From assembly GCF_036321535.1 (NCBI RefSeq), contig NC_087437.1, forward strand, positions 48,362,001 through 48,426,000: a DNA stretch of 64,000 nucleotides. The letters run 5' to 3'. The notes under the pieces are model-generated. The model ran no database searches. It saw only the letters and a list, made by a program, of their open reading frames with translations, and was not told the DNA's origin. The position numbers and the translations under genes are program-made. This stretch comes from Camelus dromedarius (Eukaryota). Of this stretch, positions 50,500 through 63,690 are shown one piece after another; position 1 is the stretch's first letter; every line of letters begins with the position of its first letter.

Positions 50500-51480
50500 A
50501 AAAGAGTTCTTGGACAGTATAAGATACACTAACCACAAAAGGAAAAGACTGATGAATTAGACTACATTAAAATTAAGAATTTCTGTTCATCAAATGACAC
50601 CATAAAGAGTGAGAAAAAGACAAAATCTCATACTGGGAGAAGATATTTTCAGAACATGTAACTGGCAAAGAGCTAGTATCCAGAATGTATAAAATACCCT
50701 CACAATTCAGTAAGTAAAAGGGTAAATGATGAAATAAAAAATGGACAAGACACCTGAACAAATATTTCACTAAAAAGGATATGCAAAGAATCAATAAATG
50801 TATGAAAAGATGTTCAATTTAGGCATCAGAGAAATGAAAACTAAAACCACATGAGACAACATCACACACCTTCCAGAAGGGCTAAAATTAAAACGACTGA
50901 TAACAACATGTGTTGGTGAGGATGAAGTGCAGATACATACACTGCTGGTAAGAACAAAAGTTGTGCAACCACTGTGGAATGCTGTTTGGTATTATCTGTA
51001 AGTACATTGTGAATATATGCCAGTGTATGGTTTAGCAATTCCACTCCTATATATATATATGCAGTAGAAATGCACACATATTCACTCCAAAAACTATATA
51101 TAAGTATGTCTATAGCAGCATTATTTGTAATAGCCCTAAACTGAAAATATTCCCGAAGTTTATTTCTAAAAAATGTAAATTTAGAAATTGCAGTATATTT
51201 ACAGCATGGTTTATTGGACTAATGGATTGAGGGGGGAAAATGACAGATACAAAACAATAATAAAAAATAAAGGAGAAAAGTTATCTATGTTATTAGAAAT
51301 CAGAATAATGACTGCTATGTTATGAGTGGATATGAGAGGATGTGAGTGGTGCTTCTGGGGTGCTGGTAGTATTTTATTTTGTGACTTACATGAGGTGCTT
51401 ATTTGTGATAATTCATCTAGCTGTATACTTATGTGTATTTTTCTGTATGTATGGTACTTCAGTCAAAAAATTTTTTTAAG
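50500..51480 (+). mobile_element. L1ME/MC-type ORF2 end and 3'UTR
   Basis: gactacattaaaattaagaatttctgttcatcaaatgacacc; gaaatgaaaactaaaaccacatgagac; cttctggggtgctggtagtatt. Confidence 0.9.
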
Positions 51481-52229
51481 TTTATTTTTAAGAAGTGCGT
51501 AGAAGTGGCTTAACCCTCAGTTGTTATTTAAATAATTCCTTGGACATCTGCCATCCAACGCTCACTTGCCAATTGTGGTTGTGTTTGCAGTGCTGACAGA
51601 ACTAGAGCAGCACAGAGGATCCCTACCTAGTGTGGCCTGAGGCTAGTTGGGACTCCTTGACCTTCAGGGGGAAGGTGAGGGTTAGCTGTCAAATTAATAT
51701 CTATATTTTTAAAATTTAACATATAAAAAGGGAAATATGGTTTAATTATATCCCTAAAAGGAATGTCATGTGATGGCTTGATAAAGATATGGATGCAATG
51801 AAAATTGCTTGACAGTGTTAAAATACATACAATTTCGCTGTCGCATGGAAAGGTTCACAGTTTCCCAGAACTAAGTAGATAAACATGTGTGTGATATGAG
51901 CGAAATAATTGGGCCCTGGTGGGATTGATCTATGAACAAGGCAATCAGTCTGCTTCCTAAAATAATTTTCATGTCTCCAAGGTAACATCACATAATTGGT
52001 GTTGTTTTTTCCATACCATGTTTAGCACAGCAAAAATATAAACAGATTGTTCTAACTTACAGACGAGATATTAAAAAAGCTTAAATGGCCAACCTCTTAT
52101 TTAGTTATAAATCATAAATTATCAGATAAAAAGGCTGAATTCAGAGGCTACATATCACCTTCAGGGTCAAGACACACTGCTCAGTGTGGAATATGAGTTT
52201 CATCACAAGCTGCTTCTTGCAAACTTCTC

Positions 52230-52635
52230 CATCTTCCCACCTTCATCTGCCCACTGCATCCTCTCTTGTATACTCCTGTTGCTAACTACTTCTACTTACC
52301 AAATATTTGCTCCTCCATGCTTCCAAGTTTTGTCCATGCTTTTAACTCTGTATTGAAAAGCCTTTCCCTTAATTATCTACCTGGAAAATTTCTATTCATC
52401 CTTCAAAAACTTCCGTAGTCTCAAAGATGAATCACTCCTTCTTCTATTCTAACTGCAAACCATTTCTGTTTCTGTCGTTGATCTTATGACACTATTTTTT
52501 TTCCTTCTCTCCTTCTATATTTAGAATTCCTTGAAGATAGGGATTGCATTTTATGCATCTCTATACAGCAACTCCTGTTGTTTCAACATCTGGAGCATGG
52601 AAAATGCCCAAGAAATATTTAGTGAATGGAACTGA
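52230..52635 (+). mobile_element. L2 3' end
   Basis: cctggaaaatttctattcatccttcaa; ttccttgaagatagggattg; aaatatttagtgaatggaa. Confidence 0.7.
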
Positions 52636-52644
52636 AAAAAAATT

Positions 52645-53710
52645 TGCTCTTTCACAAGCAGTTTGCCAAAGAAGAAATTCAAATGGCTAACTCATTATTT
52701 CCTAACGTGCTCACATATTAGAAAATACCCAATCTCATTATTATTTAAACAGCTGAAAGTTAAAATAATATACATTATTTTCTTTCCTAGGTTAAACACT
52801 TAAGATGATTATAATACCTCAACTACTGCTGATACACTCAGTTCAGTACTTCTTAGAAAGTGCTTTTAATAAGTTTATAAAGTTTGCCCTGTAAATATAT
52901 TACTGGATGTCCATTCTCATGAAATAATCCAACAATGTGGATATATTTATGCACTGACCTGTGTTTACAGTGTTATTTATAATAAAGAAAATGGAACAGA
53001 AGCAAGGGGACCAGAGTTAACGAAATAATTAATCCCCTTAAATTGTGATATATCTCTACTGTTAAAAAAGAAACAATAGGACCCAAATGGAGTCACTTGT
53101 GCTAAGTTCCATGACAGCAAACCAAAACTTAATTGCAATTTCAGCCATTCCTAGGAATGTGACCTTTAACCAATCAATTGAAATTACCTGATCAGCACTA
53201 TTGAGGTAATCTGCATGAGAGACCCCTGCCCTTACCCTTAAGGGAAGTCAGCTTGCTGGAAATAATTCTTCCTTTTGTTTATGATTTCTTTGTCCCATCC
53301 CCTTTGTGCCTATACCTTCCACTCTGTACAGCTCCTCAGAGCTTTTTCCCTTTTACTTGTTAGACAGGATGCTGCCCAATTCATTGAATAAAGTCAGTTA
53401 GATCTTCAAATTTACTTGGTTGGATTTTATTTTTTAACACTACAATGAAACATAGTGCTTTACAGTGTGTTTAATTACAGGAGAAATGCTTATAATATAA
53501 AATCACCATCCAAAATGAGATACCAAAATGCATATGATATATACAGTATCATTTCAATTATATAAAGAAAACTGTTGATTAAAAGATTAAAGGAAAAATA
53601 CACCAAAAAGATAGCAGTGGTACTTCTAAGGAATGAAGTTAAGAAAAATTATTTTGCATCCATAAACTTTCCTCTAGTTCCTAAATTCCTGTAATAGTCT
53701 GGTTATCAGG
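52645..53710 (+). mobile_element. Old L1ME 3' fragment interrupted by an LTR
   Basis: aaagaagaaattcaaatggctaac; ttacagtgttatttataataaagaaaa; aaggaaaaatacaccaaaaagatagcagtggt. Confidence 0.65.
53060..53439 (+). mobile_element. ERV1 solo LTR (MER34-like) with a 4-bp TSD
   Basis: TGTTAA...TTAACA inverted termini; TSD CTAC at 53056-53059 and 53440-53443; aataaag poly(A) signal. Confidence 0.9.
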
Positions 53711-54964
53711 AGAAAAGAGTCCCCTTAATTATGCTTTCTTATATATAAGTTAAAAACACAAAAGAAAACTGTTTTTAAGTCAAATAAATTCTGGATAAGG
53801 CAAGCCTGACTATTAATAATTCTAAAACATAGAAATATTTTAAAATCATTTTTAGTACTGTCCAGTGACCAGATAACTAGAATTGATCACAAAAGGGTAG
53901 AGCATTTCCCAGAGAAGGGAAGAATGTAAATCAAATATTTCTGAATGTAGAACCAGGTGGTGGGACAAACCCTCTCACATATTTCCTTAGTTATCTGCCA
54001 TGGAAATGACACAGAGCAGATGTCATTATTCACAAGTTGATGGCTTGTCTAAAATCACTCTGGTATAGTCAGATTTTGATTCCAGGATTATCTGCTAAAA
54101 ATAGTGTTGCTCATTCTATTGCAATGAATTAACACTCTAAGCAAAGTAAGAGTTCACAGCCTACTTCAATGAAGAAATAAAAAGTATTTGTAGTGAGTCA
54201 TACGATTTGCATACTTAAAGCTTTTTATTAAATAGATTAAGATTGCTTCCTGACTCATAACTTACACAAAACTTTTTATCAAAGTTGAGGAATGCCTTGA
54301 AAGCAGGGACTAACAAGTATGGTGACTTTGTAGTTCTCAGCCTAGCCCAGGGTCAGAGGCAACGTAAGGACTTAGTAAGAACTTATGAATTAAATTAATC
54401 AGATCCTTCAGCAGGAACTTAAATCTTTCCAAGAGAAAGTTATCCTAAATTTCAAATTAGAACAAACTAAATAAATGAGGTTTTATTATGTTTCTTAATG
54501 CACACTTTTGTGAACACGATTCTTAACCTTGACAGTGGTTTTACGGTCTAGAGATAGGTCTCCCTTAAGATTTTAGTGTAGCCATTAAAAACCCTCTCTT
54601 TCAAGAATTTTATGAAAAATTAAAACATCCTATTTTAGGAGCAAGGAATAAAGACTATTGACCTTAGTCTCTTCTAGAAACACTTGCTCATTGATTTTTA
54701 TGGTCATTACTACAACTACTATCTTATCAATGGACCTGGAAGTGACCAAGATTTCAAAGATACAATTCTTGATAAATGTGATCTTTGAGAACTGCTCACT
54801 TTGAGTCAGCTTTGGGTTCTGTGCCACTTTTGATAAAGACTACTGAAATTAAAGCAGAGCCAAAGATAAGACTTGGTGGCCAAATTCTCTACAGAATCAT
54901 TATTTTCTTTATCTTTCTAGGAAAACAATGCTTTGAGAAATATTTCTAAACGGGGAAGGGGAAA

Positions 54965-55170
54965 AAGATGTCTTGAGCTTCTACTACGAACCAGGCACTG
55001 TATAAACATTATTGCATTTGGAATCACAAAACTCCTATAGGTAGGTATCCTTCATACTGCAGATGAAGAAACAAGACTACATGTTAAAGCAATCACTCAA
55101 GGACTCACAGCTAAAGAGAGACTGAGCAGAATTTTTGAGCTCTTTCTTTGCTCTCAGATACATTCTCTGC
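54965..55170 (-). mobile_element. MIR fragment
   Basis: ccaggcactgtataaac ... cctataggtaggtat ... cagatgaagaaacaagact ... aaggactcacagctaa. Confidence 0.7.
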
Positions 55171-55267
55171 CTTGCTGTCAAGAGGAAACTGCAATTCCCA
55201 GGTTCCTCTATTATGGCTTCTGGATATATTCAGCGAAGGAGTGGGAGGGTCGGTACATGGTGGAGAA

Positions 55268-55918
55268 GAAACTGAGTCCCCCTACCAAGTTTATGCTTAA
55301 CCTCTCTATCCAAAACTTTATTCCCTTTCTTGTCCAGCCCCTGCTCCCCTCAGGATTGAGGAGTATCCAAAAAAAGGGGAAGGCTGAACCAAGCAGAACC
55401 CTGAGGGGTCTTCTCAGGTACAAGCCCCTCTGTGTCCCCCACTTCTTGTCTGGCCTTCCCCAAGTTCCAAAGAGAAGACTCAAGAAGTTAAAGATTAGAA
55501 CAGTAGAGTCACAGGACTCCAAGTTCCTCCTGAAGGGAAATAGATGACAATCTGATGCATATCTTTGAGTTGTTCTGCAGAAACTAAGACTTCCACCTAG
55601 TGGAGGATGGTGACTACGTGTTAACCACAAGCAGCAGACACCAGACTGGTTGGAACCAGAGAGCTGATGATTAAGATTCCTCGAACATCACTCTGTTATC
55701 TCACCACCAGCCAATCAAAAGAATGTCCATGAGCTGATCCCATACTCTGCAGCTCTCACCCCTAAATTGTCTTTAAAAACACCATCGGGGTCTTTTGAGC
55801 ACTATCTGCCCATTCTCTTTGATGGGTGCCCTGCAAATAAATGTACACCAGCAGCCAATGTCAGTAGATTGGCTTTGCTGCACATTGGGAGAGTGGATCC
55901 AAGTTCGGATCAGTAACA
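55268..55918 (+). mobile_element. ERV1-class 3' LTR (55385-55918) preceded by a polypurine tract and a short internal remnant, inserted into an older ERVL-like LTR
   Basis: PPT aaaaaaaggggaagg at 55369-55383, then TG start; gcaaataaatg poly(A) signal; end gttcggatcagtaaca. The older LTR-like sequence resumes about 55920-56310. Confidence 0.7.
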
Positions 55919-57109
55919 GATTAGGAGGCCAGAGAACAGTAGACAAGATAGTCCTCCCTCTCTCGCTTTGCCTGAGCTAACTTTTCCAGAAGCAGCTCCA
56001 GCAACTTGGTGCCTCCAGGTCTAATGGATCTAGCTGTAGTTCTAGTTCCCATTAAATGGCCTCAGTCTGGGGCTCTGACAATCCACCTCCTCCTTGCTGC
56101 TTTAGCCTTAGGGGTTGTTGCTTCTTGTTCTTGCTAATCTCTGAGTTGCCTGCCCTGCTCCCTTTCCTATCAGCTTCTCAGCGCTTTCATCACCTGTGCA
56201 AATAATATTCTGCATTAAAACTCTAGCATTAAAAAAAAGAAAGAAAGAAAAAGGAAGAAGGAAGGAAGCTCCAGGATTGGTTTCTCTGCTCCTAATTCAA
56301 CCTGACTGATAAAGATTCAAATCTGAGTCTGCTTGATACCCTTGCCTAGCTCTCTTTCTATTAATCCACGATTGTACACTGCCAACAAAAAGGTAATTTT
56401 TTTTAAGATGAATGCATGGTCATACATTATTAACATATGCCAAGAATTTCTGTCTATGACTCCATTTCATATATCCCCTGACTATCCGATGTCTTGTCAC
56501 TTTATGCATTTTAAAAATATTTTTATGTAACTGGATACTATTACTGACATAGCTATGTTCAAAACATGTTTCTGTATGAGTTACTGCAGTGTGGGCTGGA
56601 TTTTGGCAGAGAAATATATGGAGCCCAAAAAGTATGCCACATAACCATGGATGTTAATGTTTTACTAAGACTCATTTCCCTTTAGCCACCAGTCCTGCAA
56701 TTTGTTATATTGTCAAATGCTAAACCTGAAGACTTTGCTATATGTTGTGGAAAAAGAGACTCAATATTCATAACTGTCTAACCCACAAGCAGTCGAAACT
56801 ATTTTCTCCAAACTTTAGAATGCTTTCAGGCAGGTGAAGATACTCCCTTTCCTGAAACATCAGAAATACTATAATCAGTTTGTTGAATGAGCTGGACTCA
56901 GGAGTGTGCCAGTAGAAACAAACCTTATTTTTCTTCCCCTTTCCTTCAAACCACTCAGCAGCCCAGTTTCCCCTCACTATTAGGATAATATGCTCCCCAA
57001 GTCCCATAGCTTTTGTAGTTGCTCTTATATGATACAAAGATACTTCCTTTGTTTTCATATTAAAGAGCCCAATCCACTCCAAGTCTAATAATCACAAAAT
57101 TCTTCCCTT

Positions 57110-57300
57110 AATTAATTTAACAACTGTTTACTGAACACCTATTTACCTGGTAGTATTCTAGGTTCTGTGGTTACAGCAGTAACTAAATTAGACAGAAAAC
57201 TCTCCTCTCATGCAGTTCATGTTCTGATGGGGAGATAGACGATACACATGATAAGTCAGCAAAATACATAGTATGCTAATGACAAGTGCTCAGGGAGCTT
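57110..57300 (-). mobile_element. L2 3' end
   Basis: ttaacaactgtttactgaacacctattt...ttctaggttctgtggttacagcagtaactaaattagacaga. Confidence 0.75.
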
Positions 57301-58181
57301 AGTTTTAGATAGCTTGATGAAAAGGGGACATTTTAACGTTTTCAATACTCCACTTCCAGCTGATGACCTTGCTTTCTATTTGCCTGAGAAAATTGTAGTA
57401 TTCAGGAGTGAACCTGCACAAGCCCCCACCACATCAACCCATTTATCAACACCTGTGCCTGTATACTCTGCCTTCTCTCCTGTTAATTTGGAAGAACTAT
57501 TGACGCTCTTAGATAAATCCAACCTCCCCACTTGTGCACCAAATCTAATCCCCTCTTGCTTACTCAAGAACACTGCTTCAGTTGTTCCTCTCTCTTTCCT
57601 GTGTCATCAGTTTTTCTCTTGCTCAGTGGCATGTAAACATCTCTCATCTTAAAAGTCCTTTTAGAGTCCACTTCTGCCTCCAGCAATCACCTCGTTTTCT
57701 TTTAGAGCAAAACTCCTCCTCTCCTTGTCTATACTCTTTACCCTCAATGACTCCTTCTCTGTTCTCTCTAGAGTCTGTTCAAATCATGCTTTTTGCCCCA
57801 TTACTTCACTGAAATTGAAAGGTCACCAACAACCTCCATGTTGCTAAATACAGTGGTTATTTCCCAATCCTCATTGTACTTCTCTTGACCACTATTTCAC
57901 AGAGGCCATCAGTCCACCTCACTGAACACATTCTTCACTTGGCTTCCAGGACACACTAGCCCGGTTGTTCTTCCCTGTCTGTGGAAGTGCCTTCTCAGTT
58001 TCCTTTATGTTTTCTCCTCATCAACCCACCATCTAAACATTGGAAAGCGCCACATCTCAGTCTTTGAACCTCCCATTTTTTTCTATTTATACTCACTCCC
58101 TCATGGTCTCATCTAGCCTTATGGCTTTTGATACCACTAATGTCCTAAAGACTCCCAAATCTATATCTCTAGCCTTAAATT

Positions 58182-60120
58182 CTATTCTATTTTATTTATT
58201 TCCAGGGGGTTAATTTTTTTTTCATTTTTACTCATATTTCCCCAGATTTATTGAAATATAATTGACAAATAAATTGTATAAACTTAAGATGTACAACTTG
58301 ATAAATTGATATACATATGTATTGTGAAATGATCACCACAATAAAATTAGTTTAACATATCTGTCACCTCACATAGTTAACTTTTGTATGTGTGTGTGTA
58401 TGTGTGAGTGTGGTGTGTGTGTGTGCAATGAGATCGTTTAAGATTTACTCTCTTAGTAAATTTCAAGTATGCAATATAGTATTATTACCTATAGTCACCA
58501 TGTTGTATATTCGATCCCCAGAACTTGACCAACTTATAACTGAAAGTCTGCATCCTTCGACCAACATCTCCCCAATTCCTCCAACCTCAGCCCCTGTCAA
58601 CCACCATTCTATTCTCTGTTTCTATGAGTTTGATATTTTTAGATTCCACATATAAATGAGATTATATAGAATTTGTCTTTCTCTGCCTGGCTTATTTCAC
58701 TTGGTATAATGCCTTCAAGTTGCATCCATGTTTTTACAAATAGGATTTCCTTCTTTTTTATGGCTTTTTAGTTTGATGTAGTCCCACTTTATTTTTGCTA
58801 TTGTTACATTTGCTTTTGGCATCACATCTAAAAAATCATTGCCAAGACCAATGTCAAGGAGCTTTTCTCCTATGTTTTCTTCTAGGTTTATGGTTTCAGG
58901 CCATATGTTTAAGTCTTTTATGCTTTTTGAGTTAATTTTTGTCCATAGTGTAAGATAACAGTTCAATTTCATTCTTTTGCATGTGGATATCCAGCTTTCC
59001 CAACACCATTTATTGAAGACTCTCCTTTCCCCATTGTGTGTCCCAGACATCTTTGTCAAAAATTAGCTAACCATACAAGTTCAGGTTTATTTCTGGGCTC
59101 TTTTTGTGTTCTATTGGTCTGTCTGTTTTTATGCCAGTACTATACTGTTTTGATTACAGATTTTCCTCAACTTACAATGGGGTTACCTCCTAATAAACTT
59201 CTCCCAATAATATTTTCATTGTAAGTTGAAAATATTGTAAATTGAAAATAACTTAATATGCTTAACCTACCAAACATCATGACTTAACCTAACCTACCTT
59301 AAACATGCCCAGAACACTTGTGTTAGCTTACATGAACAAAATCAATTATTACAAAGCCTATTTTATAATAAAGTGTTGAATATCTCATGAAGTTTATTGA
59401 ATACTGTACTGAAAGTGAGAAGCAGAATGGTTGTGTGGGTGCAGAATGGCTGAAAAGTATATTGGTTGTTTACCCTGCTGATCGAGTGGCTAATTGGGAT
59501 CTGCCCAGCATCACAAGAAATACTGCAAAGCTGAAAAATTATAAGCTGATCATCATAAGCTGGAGACTGTATTATGGTTTTGTAATATAGTTTGAAATTA
59601 GGAAGTGTTATACCACCAACCTCTGTTTTTCTCTCTCAAGATTGCTTTGGGTAGTATGGCCATTTTAATAATATTAATTCTTCTGATTCATGAACATGGC
59701 ATAGCTTTCCATATTTTTTTCTTCTTCCATTTCTTTCATCAATTCTTATAGTTTTCAATGTAGAGATCTTTCACCTCCTTGGTTAAATTTAGTCCTAAGT
59801 ATTTTACTGTTTTTGATGCTATTATAAATGGGATTTTTAAAAATTTCTTTTTCAGATAGTTTGTTGTCAGTATATAGAAAAACAACTGATTTTTGCATGT
59901 CGATTTTGTATTCTGTAGCTTTACTAAAATTGTTTGTTAGTTCCAGCAGTTTTTGCTACAGTCTTTAGTGTTTTCTATATATAAGATCATGTTATCCGCA
60001 GAGACAATTTAACTTCTTTGTTTCCAATCTGGATACCTTCTATTTATTTTTCTTGTCTAAATGTTCCAACTAGGACTTTCAGTACTATGTTGAAGAGCAG
60101 TGATGAGATGGGCACCTTTC
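58182..60120 (-). mobile_element. 5'-truncated L1 (L1MA-like) with TSD and internal deletions
   Basis: ORF 58715-59059 (VFNKWCWESWISTCKRMKL..WDYIKLKS) is L1 ORF2; L1MA 3'UTR; TSD agccttaaatt at 58171-58181 and 60121-60131. Confidence 0.95.
59157..59569 (+). mobile_element. MER47/Tigger5-like Tc1-mariner non-autonomous DNA transposon nested in L1
   Basis: Start cagattttcctcaacttacaatggggttac, end catcataagctggagactg, TA TSD at 59155-59156 and 59570-59571; L1 text ttgatta..tatggttttgtaatatag is continuous across it. Confidence 0.85.
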
Positions 60121-60479
60121 AGCCTTAAATTTTAATTCATCAAACCAACTGCCAATTCCACATCTCCACTCAAATGCACAATAGATATCTCAAAATTAAC
60201 ATGTCTGTATCAGAGTTCTCTTCTCTATTCCAAAACGTTCCAATTAAAAGTTTTCCTCTCACCTTAGTAGGCCTCTTTGACAGGAGAAGAGGATATAGTT
60301 GGCTTATTTTCTTTCCTCACTCTATCTCCTCCCAACTCCCCAGCTCCACTCCAGGACTGCACAGGGGAGGGAGGAGAGGGAAAGGGGCAGGAAAGAACTT
60401 CCCTGACCGTCATGTATCTCTTGCTCTGTACTCTAAAAATTTAGTATAATATTTCATGCTACATTTTCAAAAAGAAAGT

Positions 60480-60860
60480 GAATTAGGAGGTAGAAGATGA
60501 GAAACAGAGGAACTAGGCAAGAAGTTATTTCCACAATTCATGTGGAAAATAATGGTGGTCTAAACTAAGAAATAGTCACAGGAAGGGAAAAAAGTGGGCA
60601 GGACGGTGAAGTTTTCAGGCAGTAAGTTAGCCAGCAGTCAATGATTGATTAGAAGTGTGAAGGATTGGGAAGTCAGAATGATTTTAGGTTCTAACTGTGG
60701 AGTCTGGGTGGATGCTAGTGACACTGAGGCAGAAATACATGGAAAGCATTCAGTTTTGGAGAAAGGGAAATAAGTGGTTCAATTTCAGTCATATTGCAAG
60801 CTCATGTCTAATAGACACTAAGGAGAAACTGGAGAAAATGTTCATGTAATTTAAATACAG
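60480..60860 (-). mobile_element. L2 fragment
   Basis: gaatgattttaggttctaactgtggagtctgggtggatgctagtgacactgag; ttcaatttcagtcatattg. Confidence 0.7.
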
Positions 60861-62116
60861 ATGATAATTTTTTAAAATATGAAACAGAGTATGTCTGCAC
60901 AGTAATAGGACTGGAGGGTCAGAACTGTGTTGAACTAAACTAAGGACCATCAAATAAGGAGTGCTTCCATTTTCCATTCTTGATGGAATAAACACAATTG
61001 AAACAAAAACACACATCATTCTCATCATTATATAGCCATGGGAAAAGGAAGTGGGCAGGTTGGCATAATATTTTGTTATAGAAATAAAGATGTGGGGTGG
61101 CCTGCCCACAGTTACAACCTTTTAAGACCTACATTAGGTTTTATGCCTTTCTGTAATTCAAACCCTTGCACAAACCTAACATCCTTTCCTTATAAATCCT
61201 ACCCACTCCAGTCCCATCCCCTACAACTTACTTCCAAAGAAAATGGTATGTATTTAGGGCACTCAGTGAGTAACAACAAAAGTAATGCCAGTGTGTCTTC
61301 CTGACAACAGCAGTTTGGGGGGCTTTAAGGCTGGTGAAGCCACAGGGAAGCTGAGCTGGAGACAGTTTTGGATCATGAATCATTTCTAAAATTGTGAGCT
61401 AAATTCTAATTGCAGAATCTTTATTACTGTGATATTACAACAATCTAAAAAGAACATAGCTGGATTCTCAGATGACAGGTGGAGCTCACAATTTCTGGCT
61501 GAAGACAACTCAATTTTGTAGTTATAAATTGTGCAAATTTGATGTGGACATCACTGTAAGAGGATACATGTGGAACCCCATTAGGTTATTATTATAATGA
61601 CTTTTTTTCTGGCAGTAAGATTCACTTTATCCTTAGAATTCTGCAGCATATGGAGATCCCCTACAGGGAAATTTCTCCACACAGAAACTTTCTGGATTAG
61701 CTTAAGTTACTAAAAGTTTAGCTTTTAGTTTTATGGCAAACAGCAGCATCACTGAAACCCTACAATTTGGCCTGAGCCTGCATTTACAGTCTTAACTCTT
61801 TACTTACCTTAAATTCACACATGAGCCCATGTGTTCCCGCTTACTGCCCTCTGACCCTGGACTTCATTTTCCTTACCTTGTTCTGTCTTCCTTTCTTCTC
61901 TGGGCCCTTTGAGATGCAGCTTCTTCCATAAAACCTTGCTCTATCTCTATACTTTGAAGTCATTCTCACTCCTTCTGAATCCCTATAACAAACAGTAAAT
62001 TATGAGAAACTTTTGTAAACTGTAACACACTTAACAAATGTTTGATACATTATTATGATACTTTGCGTCTCCTAATTCTATTGGGAATTTTTTTGTTTAT
62101 GAACTTTTATTCACCT

Positions 62117-62733
62117 TGTGTTTCAGGGGACCCCAAGACTACCACTAGGTTCAATGATTTACTAGAAGAACTCATAGAACTCAGAAAAGCTATTATATTC
62201 ATGGTTGCAATTTGTTACAGAGAAAGGATACAGATTAAAGGATCAGCAAAAGCAAAAGCTGCGTAGGATGGAGTTCAGGAGAACCAGGTGCAAGTTATCC
62301 TCTCCCATTAAAGTTGTAGAGACAGCACTTAATTCTCCCAGGAACAATGTGCAACAAGGTATATGATATATTGTCAACCAGAGAAGGCCACTACAACCTT
62401 GGTGTCCAAGGTTTTTATTGGGAGTTGGTCACACAGGCATTCCATGCTTATGTGACTTAGCTAACTATTCAGTCTCCAACCTCTCCCGCACCCCCCAGAG
62501 GTCAAACTGACATAGCATGGCTCTGGGTCGCAAGAGAATAAAAACAGGTATTTACTATAAATTTCATTGTTGGCATTAACTATCTTGTACAGTCCAAGGG
62601 TTCAGGTATACAAAGATACTCTTTTCAGGCAAAACATTCCAAGGGCTCAGAGGGTGTCTCCAAGGAGCTAGTCAAGGGCCAGTCCTTTCTCTGGAATATG
62701 CAGGACTTGAGCATGCCAAGCCCACTGACTACA
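62117..62733 (-). mobile_element. MER21/MER68-like LTR with a 5-bp TSD
   Basis: tgtgtttcaggggaccccaagactaccactaggttcaatgatttactagaagaactcatagaactcag; flanks cacct (62112-62116) and tacct (62734-62738). Confidence 0.8.
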
Positions 62734-63389
62734 TACCTTGTTTGGTAATATTCAGCTGTCCAACCATACTTAATGATTCTTGGGTGTCAGTGTAGGATCC
62801 ATACTGTCTCCCTTGTATTTAGTTATTACTCAATAAATATTTGCATTTTTGCATCATTATATATCTTCTATTCATTACACTTCATATAGCAGATATATTG
62901 TTCAGCTTTTGTTACGGCTTTTCTCTGAATGTTGATTCTTAGCCAAATTCTCCTCTTTATCACAATGACATATTTCTATAGATATTTCATCTAAAATCAT
63001 GGAGTTAGAACTATAGAGTGACTTTTTTTAACAGAAAGTGGTGATATGAAATGTGTACAGTGCTTATTTGCATTGTAAAACTAGAAGAAATAAATTTGAA
63101 ACCTGAGGTGTTTCTATGAGGCCTGATGAGTTCCCCCATCTATTTAGAATAAGAGCCTATGCTGAATATTGCATGTATATTTTGGTATTTATATCAAGTG
63201 GGAATTAAAAGAAGAAGTCACACCCATTATAAGTAGCCACAGTTAATATTTTTAAAGAAAGATAAAAAATGATTAGCTTTATGGAAACAAATATGCTTTA
63301 GCTAAAAATACTGTATTGAAAAATATTAAACCAGCTTCAAAGCTGGAGCCTGTCTGGAGTGAGAGGCAGACTAATGTCATGATAAAAGT

Positions 63390-63690
63390 ATGTAACCCGG
63401 TATCAAGACTCCTGTTATGATAGAAGACACCTATAGGAAAACCATATTTCCCAGCTGTCCTGACATTTAGGTTGAGATCATTTCGTTAATTCTCTCATGT
63501 GGAATCTAATGTGTCACTTTTAGTCCCAGAAGGCTAAAAGCAAGTGGAGGCTACGTGTTCCATAGGGTGGGACTGCTTGACCTCTACTAGACTTTGTAAG
63601 AGAAGAAACAAATATTTGTGGTAAAGCCACTGCAATTTCAGGTCTTTTTTACTGCGGTCAAGCCTAGCGTGGCCCCGCTATTGTACCCAG
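63390..63690 (+). mobile_element. Old MLT1-type LTR
   Basis: catatttcccagctgtcc; acctctactagactttgtaagagaagaaacaaat; taaagccactgcaatttcagg. Confidence 0.7.

Larger units (their letters stand above)
57340..60330 (+). mobile_element. L2 ORF2 region (57340-58181, resuming 60121-60330) split by an L1 insertion
   Basis: gctgatgaccttgctttctatt; aaggtcaccaacaacctccatgttgctaaat; cttggcttccaggacacact; resumes catctccactcaaatgcacaatagatatctcaaaattaacatgtc. Confidence 0.85.

Noticed and set aside
51720..51900. KYG...KGMSC as another CR1 RT remnant
   Set aside because: Spacing is wrong and there is no convincing LDF/KAFD motif; it may be conserved non-coding DNA but I cannot support either call.
37003..53439. 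Two same-family, same-orientation MER34-like LTRs as the ends of one provirus
   Set aside because: The second has its own CTAC TSD, the copies differ in length and sequence, and the 15.6 kb between them holds MIR/L2/MLT rather than gag-pol-env.
55211..55630. Longest ORF (139 aa) as a gene
   Set aside because: It runs antisense through an ERV LTR and PPT junction, so it is a chance ORF.
56768..57082. 104-codon minus-strand ORF as a gene or LINE remnant
   Set aside because: Non-ATG start, no recognisable domain and only a single weak KEV.L similarity.
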